A stretch of DNA of 64,000 nucleotides from the NCBI GenBank assembly GCA_963422375.2, contig CAXXKD010000001.1, forward strand, positions 430,769 to 494,768. Reading direction: 5' to 3'. This document shows, one piece after another, positions 30,774 to 40,374 of this stretch. Below the pieces are notes generated by a model. The model ran no database searches. It worked only from the letters and a program-made list of their open reading frames with translations, and was not told the origin of the DNA. Both the position numbers and the translations under genes were made by a program. Origin of the DNA: Bryobacterales bacterium. GTDB taxonomy: Bacteria > Acidobacteriota > Terriglobia > Bryobacterales > UBA6623. Each line of letters starts with the position of its first letter. Positions within the stretch are counted from its first letter, which is position 1.

Positions 30774-32062
30774 GCGTCCAGTTTGAGTTCGAGTGGGTTG
30801 ATGCGGGACCGTCGCCGGATTCTGCTTCACGTGACTCAATGGCTCGGCTCTCAATCCGAGCAGGCGACTCGAATGTCACGCTGGTCCGCGACCGGCGAAC
30901 CAACTCGTACATTGATCACGTAATTGTTCCCCTCATCTATGTGGCCGAATGGATTGCGACTAACTGGTGGCATATTTGGTACGAGACTGCCGACTTGTCC
31001 AACCAAGGACTTGACTTCGAGTCGCGACACAACCTTGCATATGTCGGAAACGGGTTTTGTCTGCCAAACATCACGATGATTTCGGTGACAGAAGAACGAG
31101 TCAATCTTCGTTGGAAAAAGGAGAAGCCGCAATACTCCCAAATCGAGTTTGTGGATCAAGGCGACGTAACGATAGATCGTTCGGAATTGGATGCGACACT
31201 TCGAAGGGTCGTGGACGCTGTTCTTGAAAGGTTCCGGACCTCTTCTAACGCTGAATTAGTGGTAAAGTGGCTGCAGGAAAGATGGTCTCTGATCAATTCT
31301 ATTGACGTAGATGAGCGGGAGTTCTGCCGGGCTGTCGCGTTGACAGGGCGTGACCCCTTTGACGTTCCAGATCCGCTTGCCGACGAAATTGTTGAGTTCT
31401 GGAAACGCACGGACCCCTCCTTGCGTCAAGATGCCTTGGCCTGTGTCAGGGACGGTTCACTTTCAGACATGCGTCAGTGGCTGGACGAGTCTCTCGCCAC
31501 TCTCTCAGCGATAGATGGCGGGAAAGATTGGTCCGAGGTCCGTGCACGTGCATCCCTGTCTCCGATGCCGTCAGGCGAGCCGTGGATGCAGGGATACGAC
31601 CGCGCACGTTCGATACGGTCACTCATTGGCAATAGCAGTGACCGGTTTGACTTTCCGGCCTGTGGACCGCTGGCTTTGGGCCACGGTGATACTATGTCGC
31701 CATTCAGACGTATTCAAGGGCTGGTTGCGTCAGATGCTCCGAGCTGCATTACTGTGAATCGACACGAAGCGGGTTGCCGGTTCTTGCGGGCGAGGGCACT
31801 TGGAGACTACATGATCCGGTCAAACGAATGCCCCGGAGTCCTCTGTTCTCTTGACACCGAGCAACAGGGACGGACTCGGGCATTTGCTGCGGAGTTTCTC
31901 GCACCTTCGGAGTCTTTGCGTGTCCGCTTGGCGGGTACTTCAGTCGATGGCAACGAGATTGACAACCTAGCCCTTGAATTTGGTGTTTCCAGTCAATTGA
32001 TCATTCATCAGCTCGAAAACCACGGCCTAGTGTCGTCCCGGAATCCCTATGCTCTCGTTTAG
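30770..32062 (+). CDS. ImmA/IrrE (peptidase M78)-like protein with large N-terminal domain, HExxH absent
   Basis: C-terminal RFLRARALGD...RAFAAEFLAP...LALEFGVS matches IrrE/ImmA architecture; lower GC than the flanks. Confidence 0.78.
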   Translation: MSVQFEFEWVDAGPSPDSASRDSMARLSIRAGDSNVTLVRDRRTNSYIDHVIVPLIYVAEWIATNWWHIWYETADLSNQGLDFESRHNLAYVGNGFCLPNITMISVTEERVNLRWKKEKPQYSQIEFVDQGDVTIDRSELDATLRRVVDAVLERFRTSSNAELVVKWLQERWSLINSIDVDEREFCRAVALTGRDPFDVPDPLADEIVEFWKRTDPSLRQDALACVRDGSLSDMRQWLDESLATLSAIDGGKDWSEVRARASLSPMPSGEPWMQGYDRARSIRSLIGNSSDRFDFPACGPLALGHGDTMSPFRRIQGLVASDAPSCITVNRHEAGCRFLRARALGDYMIRSNECPGVLCSLDTEQQGRTRAFAAEFLAPSESLRVRLAGTSVDGNEIDNLALEFGVSSQLIIHQLENHGLVSSRNPYALV

Positions 32063-32314
32063 TGTCCCACTGCTTGTGTCCTTCACCGCAGTCTAGCCGC
32101 CCATTACTGCGACTTGGTTGAGGCGAAGTGCCTTCGACTGATTACTAGCGGTCCGCTTCGGTGATCGCCCAATTTCGCATCCTGACCAACCCTCGAATGT
32201 GCTAGCCGGCATTGGTCTCGCCGAGCTCCCAGAGTCTCAGAATGCCGGTCTTCAGATGCTGGCGCAGCGGACCGCAGGTGACGACTGCGAGGTTGGGGGC
32301 TGACTCAGCCCTCG

Positions 32315-32992
32315 TCAGGGCAGCGTGGCCGAAGCAGTCCCTTCTGAACCGGGTTCCCGCGCCGAGGCAGGATCCTGCGACTGGCAGGCGTCGACGGGAG
32401 GCGGGGCTGGCTGCCCGGGCTCGTCGCGAGAGTCGGGCAGGAATTCGGTCGCAAGCAGGGCTAGCGGCAGCACGAGGAGGGCCATGGCAACGCCGAAAAC
32501 CCGACGCATGGAGTTCATATCAGTCCGAAGCGACCTTATCGCTTCCAGTAGCAGCTCGTGCCGGGAGTCCGAAGCCTTGTCCCTCTCGTCGATCCGGTTC
32601 GCCAGCGCCGAAACCATGGTTCGCATCTTCGTCTCCAGTGCCTCGATCCCGGTCGATGTCTCCGACCGCAGAGACGTGATCATTCCTTCAAGCCGATCGT
32701 GGCGAGCGGACCACGCCTTCTGGCGTGCGTCAAGGGGCCTGCGGGTCTCGGCGTGGCCCGCTTCAATCGTGTTCTCGATCTCCGTCCGGAACGAATCGAG
32801 GCTCTGCTGGATCCGGGCATGCAATTCGGCTTGGACATGGTGTTGACGCTCGCTGGCAACGGCAGCCACCAGAATGCGCAGGGTATCCATGTCGAGGACT
32901 GGGACGGCTTGGTTCGCGATCCGTCCGTGGTCCCGCTCCGAGACCCGCGCCGCTTGCTTTGCGACCTTGGCGGACTTCGGTGTTTCGGTCAT
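32315..32992 (-). CDS. Hypothetical coiled-coil protein with C-terminal TM
   Basis: GGAG upstream of ATG; heptad-rich middle; hydrophobic VFGVAMALLVLPLALLA. Confidence 0.6.
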   Translation of the reverse strand: MTETPKSAKVAKQAARVSERDHGRIANQAVPVLDMDTLRILVAAVASERQHHVQAELHARIQQSLDSFRTEIENTIEAGHAETRRPLDARQKAWSARHDRLEGMITSLRSETSTGIEALETKMRTMVSALANRIDERDKASDSRHELLLEAIRSLRTDMNSMRRVFGVAMALLVLPLALLATEFLPDSRDEPGQPAPPPVDACQSQDPASAREPGSEGTASATLP

Positions 32993-33663
32993 AGCTATCT
33001 CCAGCCTCCAGCTGGCGACGGAGGGCCGGTCGCTGGGACCCTATTCAGCCCTCCGCCGAGCCCCCAATTCCGGAATCGCGATCCGTCCGGAGCCCTCGTG
33101 CAGCCGGGGGCCGCACGGGCGGCTTGCACCTACCTCGGCCGACGGCAGCCAGGCACCGTCCAACCAGAAGAGCTCCCGCGTCGACCCCGGAGCGGCGACA
33201 CGCAATCCTAGCAGCCGCGGTTGCGCCGGGACTTCGAACTCGTTGGCAAACAAGGAGCTTCAGGGATTGTTGGTGCCATCGGTCTCGCGACGTTCGTGGA
33301 CTACGCTTTGTGACCCGACCGGGGCGACGGAGTCCTGCTTGCGACTGTCGAGGCCCCAAGCCGTGGTGTGCGACCGGCTAGGAGATGGGGCACGAATAGG
33401 ACCGAGGGCTTGGGGCGACCGTCGAGCTTGATGGCACTCCAAGATGACGCAAGTCTATGGCAAGCTACCGTTCCAGCGACAAGGGTTCAACGGCTCCTCC
33501 TCCGGTCTCAGTCGACTTGGGATCGGTCGCCGGTCATGGCCTACGCTGTCCGACGAGCGGGAAACCGCGGACGGCGGGAGGCCGCCGGCGTTCGCGCCTC
33601 CGGCGCGGCGGCTTCGCCTAGCGCAAGCTTGCCATCACGGCACCGTCGGTATCTAATGGACTC

Positions 33664-35706
33664 ATGCATCGAAGGCTCGTCCTGATCTGCTCGGCCGCCC
33701 TTGCGGCCTCCGTCGCGCAGGCCGGTGTCGTCGCGGTGGATGTCAGTGGCAGGGATGCCGTGCTGGGTGGGAGGTCCTTCGGCCTGGCTGGCTCGTACGA
33801 GAGGATCACCGGGACGATGCGGTTCGCCGTCGATCCCGCCGACGCGGCGAACCGCATCGTCACCGATATTGCACTCGCCCCCCGCAATCGCGCCGGAGAA
33901 GTCGAGTTCTCCTCGGCGTTCTATCTCCTCAAGCCGGTCAACATGGCGCGAGCGAACGGTGCGGTCCTGTACGAGGTCTCCAATCGCGGCCGGAAGGGCA
34001 TGCTGAGCTTCTACAATCTCGCCGCCGGCAGCCTCGACCCGCGCTCCGAGCGCGAGTTCGGCGACGGCTACCTGATGGAGGAAGGCTACACGCTCCTGTG
34101 GCTCGGCTGGCAGTTCGACCCGCCCCTGCGTCCGGGGCTCTTGCGGCTCAAGACACCCGTCGCGGCGCGTGGCGGCGAGCCGATCCGGGGCCTCGTCCGC
34201 AGCGACTTCGTGGTCTCGGACCGGGCGGCCGCGCATTCCCTCGCGGACCGCAGCCACGTGCCGTACGCCGTCGCCGACCCCGGGGCGGCGGAAAACGTGC
34301 TGACGGTGCGAGACGAGGCTGTCGGCCGACGCGAGGTCATTCCGCGCGACCGCTGGAAGTTCGCGCGCATGGAGAACGGCAAGCCCGTCCCGGACAGCGG
34401 CTCGGTCTGGCTCGAGGGCGGCTTCGAGCCCAACCGGATCTACGAGGTCGTGTACGTCTCGGAGAACCCGCCCTTGGTCGGACTTGGCCCGGCCGCCGTG
34501 CGGGACGCTGTGTCGCACCTGAAATACGAGGGCTCCGCATCGCTCGGCATCGGCACCGAGGCGCTCGACCGTACGATCGCGTTCGGCATCTCGCAGAGCG
34601 GCCGGTTCCTGCGGACGTTTCTCTACTACGGCTACAACCGGGACGAGCAAGGCCGGATCGCATTCGACGGGATCATGTCGCACGTGGCCGGGGGAGGGCG
34701 GGGCAGCTTCAACCATCGGTTCGCGCAGCCGTCCCGGGACGCGCATCCCTACATGAACTTCCTCCACCCCACGGATATCTTCCCGTTCAGCGACAAGGCC
34801 CAGCGCGACCCGGAGACGGGACGCGAGGACGGCATCCTGACGCACGGGCTCGACCGCAGGTTCTGGCCCAAGATCTTCTACACCAACTCGTCGTACGAGT
34901 ACTGGGGGCGCGCCGCATCGCTGATCCACACCGACATCGAGGGGACCCGGGATATCGAGATCTTCGACAACGTGCGCGTCTTCCTGTTTTCCGGGGCGCA
35001 GCACGGGCCCGGCTCGTTCCCGCCTACCGTATCCATCGGCCAGCAGAAGGCCAACCCGCTCGATTTCCGCTGGTCGATGCGCTCGCTCCTGAGGGCCATG
35101 AACCGCTGGACGGCCGACGGCGCGGAGCCTCTCGAGAGCCGCTACCCCCGGATTGCGGACGCCACCCTGGTGAGGCCCGAGAGGCTGGGCTTCCCCGCGA
35201 TCCCCGGCGTGCGCACGTCGTCCAAGGTGCACGAGGCCTACCGGGCGGACTACGGGCCGCGCTTCGTGAGCGAAGGGATCGTCACCCGGGAGCCACCCGC
35301 CGTCGGCAAGGCGTTTCCGATTCTCGTGCCGTCCGTCGACAGCGACGGCAACGAGACCGCCGGGGTCCGCATGCCCGAATTGCAGGCCCCGCTCGCGACC
35401 TACACGGGCTGGAACCTGTTCAACGCTCGCTCCGGCCCGACGGACGAGATCTCGAGCATGGTCGGGTCCTACATTCCATTCCCGCGGACGGGCGCCGAGC
35501 GCGAGGCCCGCGGGGATCCGCGCCCGTCGATCGAGGAGCGCTACGGAAGCCGGTCCGAGTACCTCGGGCGAGTCGCCGAGGCGGGCTTGGCCCTGATCGG
35601 GGACGGCCTGCTGCTCGAGCGCGACCTGCCCGCCGTGGTTCGCAACGCTGCCCGTCACTGGGACTACCTAATGACGGATTCCCCTTCGGATGCCGCCGGT
35701 CGCTGA
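33664..35706 (+). CDS. Secreted alpha/beta hydrolase domain protein (Abhydrolase_10-like)
   Basis: Signal peptide, YEVSNRG, GWQFD, GISQSGRFLR (GxSxxG), EYWGRAASL, DSDGNE. Confidence 0.88.
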   Translation: MHRRLVLICSAALAASVAQAGVVAVDVSGRDAVLGGRSFGLAGSYERITGTMRFAVDPADAANRIVTDIALAPRNRAGEVEFSSAFYLLKPVNMARANGAVLYEVSNRGRKGMLSFYNLAAGSLDPRSEREFGDGYLMEEGYTLLWLGWQFDPPLRPGLLRLKTPVAARGGEPIRGLVRSDFVVSDRAAAHSLADRSHVPYAVADPGAAENVLTVRDEAVGRREVIPRDRWKFARMENGKPVPDSGSVWLEGGFEPNRIYEVVYVSENPPLVGLGPAAVRDAVSHLKYEGSASLGIGTEALDRTIAFGISQSGRFLRTFLYYGYNRDEQGRIAFDGIMSHVAGGGRGSFNHRFAQPSRDAHPYMNFLHPTDIFPFSDKAQRDPETGREDGILTHGLDRRFWPKIFYTNSSYEYWGRAASLIHTDIEGTRDIEIFDNVRVFLFSGAQHGPGSFPPTVSIGQQKANPLDFRWSMRSLLRAMNRWTADGAEPLESRYPRIADATLVRPERLGFPAIPGVRTSSKVHEAYRADYGPRFVSEGIVTREPPAVGKAFPILVPSVDSDGNETAGVRMPELQAPLATYTGWNLFNARSGPTDEISSMVGSYIPFPRTGAEREARGDPRPSIEERYGSRSEYLGRVAEAGLALIGDGLLLERDLPAVVRNAARHWDYLMTDSPSDAAGR

Positions 35707-35724
35707 TCCGGCCGGTCGCAGTCG

Positions 35725-36291
35725 TCAGTACGGCTCCGTCGCGCCCGTCAGCTGGGGTTCTTCGGGCGGCTCCGGCGAGTCCGGGCAGCGCGCGGAGCGG
35801 CGGAACGGCCGCGGGTCGCGCGACGCCAGTTCGTAGGCCGGGATGAAGGCCCGCATCAGGCCGAACGCGCAGTGGCGGGACTGCTGGTTCAGGAAGTGCT
35901 GCGCTTCGTGCGCGGCCACCCTCGCCAAGGCCCTGCCGACCACGGCGGCGCTGTTCGGCTCGCCGAGATGGCGGACCACCGGTCCGTGAAACACCTGCAA
36001 GCGCGGCGTGATTCGGTCGCTCTCGCGATGGGCGAGCCCTAGCACGCCTGCGAGACCCGGGGGCGCCTCCGTCTCGACGGCAAGCAGGATCCGGGGACCT
36101 GCCGACTCGCATCCGTTGAACTCTACCCCCGCCACGCGATTTCCGATCACCGATTGGAATTCTCTCAATACAGCGGCTCTCGTCGGGGGACTCAGCAAGG
36201 CCCCGGGGTCCTCCACGCACACGCGCCACATCGCTCCGGCCGCGCTCGGAGCGGCCAGCGCGGCGAGCACTCCCGCGAGAACCTTAACCAT
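35725..36291 (-). CDS. Secreted hypothetical protein with zincin HExxH motif
   Basis: Signal peptide; GRALARVAAHEAQHFL...H...GLM. Confidence 0.7.
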   Translation of the reverse strand: MVKVLAGVLAALAAPSAAGAMWRVCVEDPGALLSPPTRAAVLREFQSVIGNRVAGVEFNGCESAGPRILLAVETEAPPGLAGVLGLAHRESDRITPRLQVFHGPVVRHLGEPNSAAVVGRALARVAAHEAQHFLNQQSRHCAFGLMRAFIPAYELASRDPRPFRRSARCPDSPEPPEEPQLTGATEPY

Positions 36292-36389
36292 CTCTTAATC
36301 TTGTTCATGATATGCCGGTGTCGTAGTGCGGTCAAGCGGGAGGCGAGACTAAGACCTGTCGCGTCGGAGGGCAGGGGAGGCTCGCGGCC

Positions 36390-36650
36390 CTATTCGGCGG
36401 CGAATTGGTTCCAGCGCTTCCAAGTGAGCCAGGCCAGGCCCAGCGCCACGCCAGCCGGCGGGATCGCCAGCGCGACAATGCCCCGCTTGAGCGAGTCGAT
36501 GGCCCGTCCCTTCTGGAAGGCTGCCGTCTCGCGGCACATCGGGCAGCCCTGGGCGGGGGCAACCGCCGGCAGCGCAAGCAGGACCGCCAGCAGGAGCAGG
36601 GCGCGGGACGGCCGCGGAGCCGGGCCCACCCGCCGCGCCGGTCGCGTCAA
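36390..36650 (-). CDS. Small CxxC membrane protein ending the cox operon
   Basis: TTG start overlapping the upstream TGA; signal-like segment, AQGCPMC, C-terminal TM. Confidence 0.65.
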   Translation of the reverse strand: MTRPARRVGPAPRPSRALLLLAVLLALPAVAPAQGCPMCRETAAFQKGRAIDSLKRGIVALAIPPAGVALGLAWLTWKRWNQFAAE

Positions 36651-37195
36651 GGGCGCAGCTCCAGGAGCAGGAAGCTGTCCGGGAAGAAGTAGCCGCACAT
36701 GATGGCGATGCAGGCGATTGCCGGCGCGGCGACGATCCATGAAAGGTGCGGGTGGTCGAACTTCAGGTGCATGAAGCATGCCATGATCATGATCGCCTTG
36801 ATCACCGACAGCACCAGCAGGATGACCAGCATCACGACCGCGGCCGCGATCTGCACGTAAGCCAGCACGACCTCGAGGGCGGTGAAGGCGAGCAGGCCGA
36901 GCCAGATCTTGTTGAACAGCGGGATGTGAGCGTCCTCGTAGGCGGAATCCTCCGGCAGCACGTACCGCGCCGCCGGGGCCCGCCCGCCCGTCGCGGTCCC
37001 GGCTGGCAGCGCGGGATAGAAGCGCCATGCGAGGTAGCCGAAGCAAGTGACGCCCATCAAGGCGGCGAATAGCGTCAGGAAGAGATTGTCCAGCGTGGCC
37101 GTCAGCGTGCCGGCGGCAACCTGGCCGCCGACGATGGCGAAGCCCCACGCGCCGAGCGCTAGGCAGAAAAGGTAGCCGATCAGGGATAGCAGCAT
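36647..37195 (-). CDS. Cytochrome c oxidase subunit IV family protein
   Basis: LLAFTALEV, KAIMIMACFMHLKFD; multi-TM; operon context. Confidence 0.85.
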   Translation of the reverse strand: MLLSLIGYLFCLALGAWGFAIVGGQVAAGTLTATLDNLFLTLFAALMGVTCFGYLAWRFYPALPAGTATGGRAPAARYVLPEDSAYEDAHIPLFNKIWLGLLAFTALEVVLAYVQIAAAVVMLVILLVLSVIKAIMIMACFMHLKFDHPHLSWIVAAPAIACIAIMCGYFFPDSFLLLELRP

Positions 37196-37212
37196 GGCGT
37201 CTCCTCTCTCGC

Positions 37213-37845
37213 TCAGTCCACGGCCGTGGACATCAGGTAGATCATCGGGAAGACGAACATCCACACTAGGTCGACGAAGTGCCAGTACAGGCCCGCGACC
37301 TCGACGTCCTCGGGAATCCACTTGCCGCGCCGGTAGCCCGCCGCGAGGATTCCGAGGTAGGCCACCCCGGTGATCACGTGGAACATGTGCAGGCCCGTGA
37401 TCAGGAAGAACGTGCCCCCGAACAGCGGCGTGCCGTACGGGTTCGACCAAGGGTACATGCCCTCGTCGCGCATCAGGTGCAGCCATTCGTACCCGTGCAG
37501 CACCACGAAAGCAGTGCCGAGCGCCGCCGTGGCCCAGACCCACTTCACGGCCCTGCGCCTGGCGCCGTGATGCGCCGCCGAGACCGCGTACACCATGGTC
37601 AGGCTGCTGGACAGCAGCACGAGGGTCATGAGCGTCGAGAAGAGAATTGACGGGTTGAAATGGAAGGGCGTCGGCCAGTCGTTCGCCGCCCGCACGAAGC
37701 TGTACGTCAGCAGCAGCGCCGAGAACGTCAGCGAGTCCGAGACGATGAACAGCCACATCCCCAGCTTCTTGTGGCCGACCGCGAGCGGCGTGCCGCCCCC
37801 CTGCCATGTCGGTTCGGCCATGGCGGCCGCGTGCCCTTCCGACAT
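37213..37845 (-). CDS. Cytochrome c oxidase subunit III (second)
   Basis: MWLFIVSD, TGLHMFHV, GLYWHFVDLVW. Confidence 0.92.
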   Translation of the reverse strand: MSEGHAAAMAEPTWQGGGTPLAVGHKKLGMWLFIVSDSLTFSALLLTYSFVRAANDWPTPFHFNPSILFSTLMTLVLLSSSLTMVYAVSAAHHGARRRAVKWVWATAALGTAFVVLHGYEWLHLMRDEGMYPWSNPYGTPLFGGTFFLITGLHMFHVITGVAYLGILAAGYRRGKWIPEDVEVAGLYWHFVDLVWMFVFPMIYLMSTAVD

Positions 37846-37849
37846 CCGC

Positions 37850-38512
37850 TTACCTCCAGATCAGCAGCAGTCCCAGGATGTAGATCCACAGGACATCAAG
37901 GAAATGCCAGTACAGCGCCGTCGCCTCGACGGCCGCCTCCCGCGTCGGCCAGGCGCCCCGCCCGCGCAGGCGCGCCCAGACGTAGCCGAGCGCCGCGACC
38001 CCGCCCGCCAGGTGCGCGCCGTGCGCGGCCGTGAGCAGGTAGTAGAATGAGTTCGCCGGGTTCGAGGCGAGGTAGATGCCCCGCTCCGCGAGCGCCTGCC
38101 AGCCGAGCAGCTGGCAGGCTAGGAACGCGAGGCCGAGGGCGGCCGAGACGTTGACCCAGCGCCGCAGCGGGCCCGTCCGGCCTTCCCGCAGGCCCGTCCT
38201 CGCCCGCTCGACCGTCCAGCTCGAGGCCAGCAGGATGGCCGTGCTCGCGTACAGCACCGGGGGCAGCGCGAACGGCTGCCAGTCGCCGGACAGGCCCTCG
38301 CGCACGATCATCGCGCTGGTCAGGGCGGCGAAGAACATGACGATGCCGCCCATGCCGATCCAGACCGCCAGCCGGTAGCGCTGCGCTAGGCGCGGGTCGC
38401 CGCCGTCAGGCCCGCCCCGGTCGCCTTCCGACTCGGGCGGCAGGGTGACGAATCCGCCTCGGCCCGGTTCGAGGCGGGGCGGGGCCTCGGCTTCCGTGAG
38501 TGTCGCCGGCAT
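37850..38512 (-). CDS. Cytochrome c oxidase subunit III (first)
   Basis: MFFAALTSA, HGAHL.GG, YWHFLDVLW. Confidence 0.9.
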   Translation of the reverse strand: MPATLTEAEAPPRLEPGRGGFVTLPPESEGDRGGPDGGDPRLAQRYRLAVWIGMGGIVMFFAALTSAMIVREGLSGDWQPFALPPVLYASTAILLASSWTVERARTGLREGRTGPLRRWVNVSAALGLAFLACQLLGWQALAERGIYLASNPANSFYYLLTAAHGAHLAGGVAALGYVWARLRGRGAWPTREAAVEATALYWHFLDVLWIYILGLLLIWR

Positions 38513-38517
38513 GCTCT

Positions 38518-40338
38518 CTAGTCGCCCGCCGCGGGCGGGGCGGGGAATACCGCCTTGTCGTTGTTGCACTGCATGGCGAAATCGCGCTTCGCTCCCGACA
38601 GGCTGAAATCGTAGGCGCCGCGGTAGACGTGGGGCACCTTGCCGCCGAAGTTGTCATGCGGCGGCGGCGAAGGGATCGCCCATTCCAGCGTCGTCGCCTC
38701 CCACGGGTTGTCCTCCTTGCACACGGCTCCCCGGAGCAGGCTGCCTGCGAAGTTGTAGAGGAACAGGAACTGGACCAGGATGGTCAGGACCGCCGCCACC
38801 GTGATGAACATGTGCAGGTCGGCGGCTCCCGTCGTGCCGAGGTAGTCCACGCCGGTGATCTCCGCGTAGCGGCGCGGGTGCGGCAGCAGCCCGAGGAAGT
38901 GCATCGGGCCGAAGACGGCGTAGACCCCGGTGAACGTGACCCAGAAGTGGATCTTGCTGAGGCGCTCGTCCATGAAGCGCCCGAACATCTTGGGGAACCA
39001 GAACGTGAGGCCGGCGAACATGCCGAAGATGGCCGCCACGCCCATGATCAGGTGGAAGTGCGCCACGACGAAGTAGGTGTCGTGGAAGAACAGGTCGATC
39101 GTGGGCTGACCGAGGAAGATGCCCGACAGGCCGCCCGAGACGAACAGCGAGACGAAGCCGATCGAGTACAGCATCGGCGAGGTGAAGCGGATCTTGCCGC
39201 CCCACATCGTGCCAATCCAGTTGAAGGTCTTGATGGCCGAGGGGACGCCGATGCACATGGTCAGCACGGAGAAGACGAACGCCGAGTACGGGCTCATCCC
39301 GCTCACGAACATGTGGTGCCCCCAGACCACGAAGCCGAGGATCCCGATCGCCAGCACCGCCAGCACCATCGCCTTGTAGCCGAACACTGTCCGGCGTGCG
39401 AAGGTCGCCAGCACGTGCGAGGTCACGCCCATGCCCGGGAGAATCGCGATGTATACCTCGGGGTGGCCGAAGAACCAGAACAGGTGCTGCCACAGGATCG
39501 GCGAGCCGCCCGAATGGTCGATCACCTTGTCGCTGACCACGAGGCCGGCCGGGACGAAGAAGCTCGTCCCGACGTTGCGGTCCATCAGCAGCAGCACCCC
39601 CGCCGCCAGCAGCACGCCGAACGCCAGCAGGCCTAGGATGGCCGTAACGAACCACGTCCAGCACGTCAGCGGCAAGCGCATCATGGTGAGGCCCTTGGCG
39701 CGCAGGTCCAAGGTCGTGACGATGAAGTTGAGCGCGCCCAGCAGCGAGGCGATGCAGAACGTCGCGATCGACGCGATCCACAGATCCTGCCCGATGCCCT
39801 GCACGGTCGCCTCCGGCACCGCGCTCAGCGGCGGGTAGCCCGTCCAGCCCGTCATCGGCGCGCCGCCCTCGACGAAAAACGCCGCCATGAGCAGCAGGAA
39901 CGACACGAAGGTCGTCCAGAACGACAGCATGTTCAGGCGCGGGAACGCCATGTCGGCGGCGCCGATCTGGATCGGCAGGAAGTAGTTGCCGAAGCCGCCC
40001 TGCGGCGCGGTGGTGAGGACCATGAAGACCATCACCGTGCCGTGCATCGTAAGCATCGCGAGGTAGAACTCCGGCGTCATCACTCCGTCCGGCGCGCCGA
40101 CCGGGAAGAGCTGGCCCAGCAGCGGGATGGACTGGTCCGGCCAGACCAGCCGCAGCCGCACGAGCAGGCTCAGCCCCATGCCGACGAACACGGCGACGAG
40201 GGCCAGCAGGATGTACTGGATGCCGATCACCTTGTGGTCGATCGAGAAGATGTACTTCCACACGAAGCTCTTCGGCTCCGGGTGGCGATGCACCTCGGTG
40301 TACTCGGCGACTTCCGGGGATACCTGAACTTCAGTCAT
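38518..40338 (-). CDS. ctaD: Cytochrome c oxidase subunit I (type A1 heme-copper oxidase)
   Basis: DHKVIG, DMAFPRLN, WFFGHPEVY, WGHHMF, AHFH. Confidence 0.96.
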   Translation of the reverse strand: MTEVQVSPEVAEYTEVHRHPEPKSFVWKYIFSIDHKVIGIQYILLALVAVFVGMGLSLLVRLRLVWPDQSIPLLGQLFPVGAPDGVMTPEFYLAMLTMHGTVMVFMVLTTAPQGGFGNYFLPIQIGAADMAFPRLNMLSFWTTFVSFLLLMAAFFVEGGAPMTGWTGYPPLSAVPEATVQGIGQDLWIASIATFCIASLLGALNFIVTTLDLRAKGLTMMRLPLTCWTWFVTAILGLLAFGVLLAAGVLLLMDRNVGTSFFVPAGLVVSDKVIDHSGGSPILWQHLFWFFGHPEVYIAILPGMGVTSHVLATFARRTVFGYKAMVLAVLAIGILGFVVWGHHMFVSGMSPYSAFVFSVLTMCIGVPSAIKTFNWIGTMWGGKIRFTSPMLYSIGFVSLFVSGGLSGIFLGQPTIDLFFHDTYFVVAHFHLIMGVAAIFGMFAGLTFWFPKMFGRFMDERLSKIHFWVTFTGVYAVFGPMHFLGLLPHPRRYAEITGVDYLGTTGAADLHMFITVAAVLTILVQFLFLYNFAGSLLRGAVCKEDNPWEATTLEWAIPSPPPHDNFGGKVPHVYRGAYDFSLSGAKRDFAMQCNNDKAVFPAPPAAGD

Positions 40339-40374
40339 GACCTCGTTTCCTCAACGCCGTTGCCCGCGCGCGGG

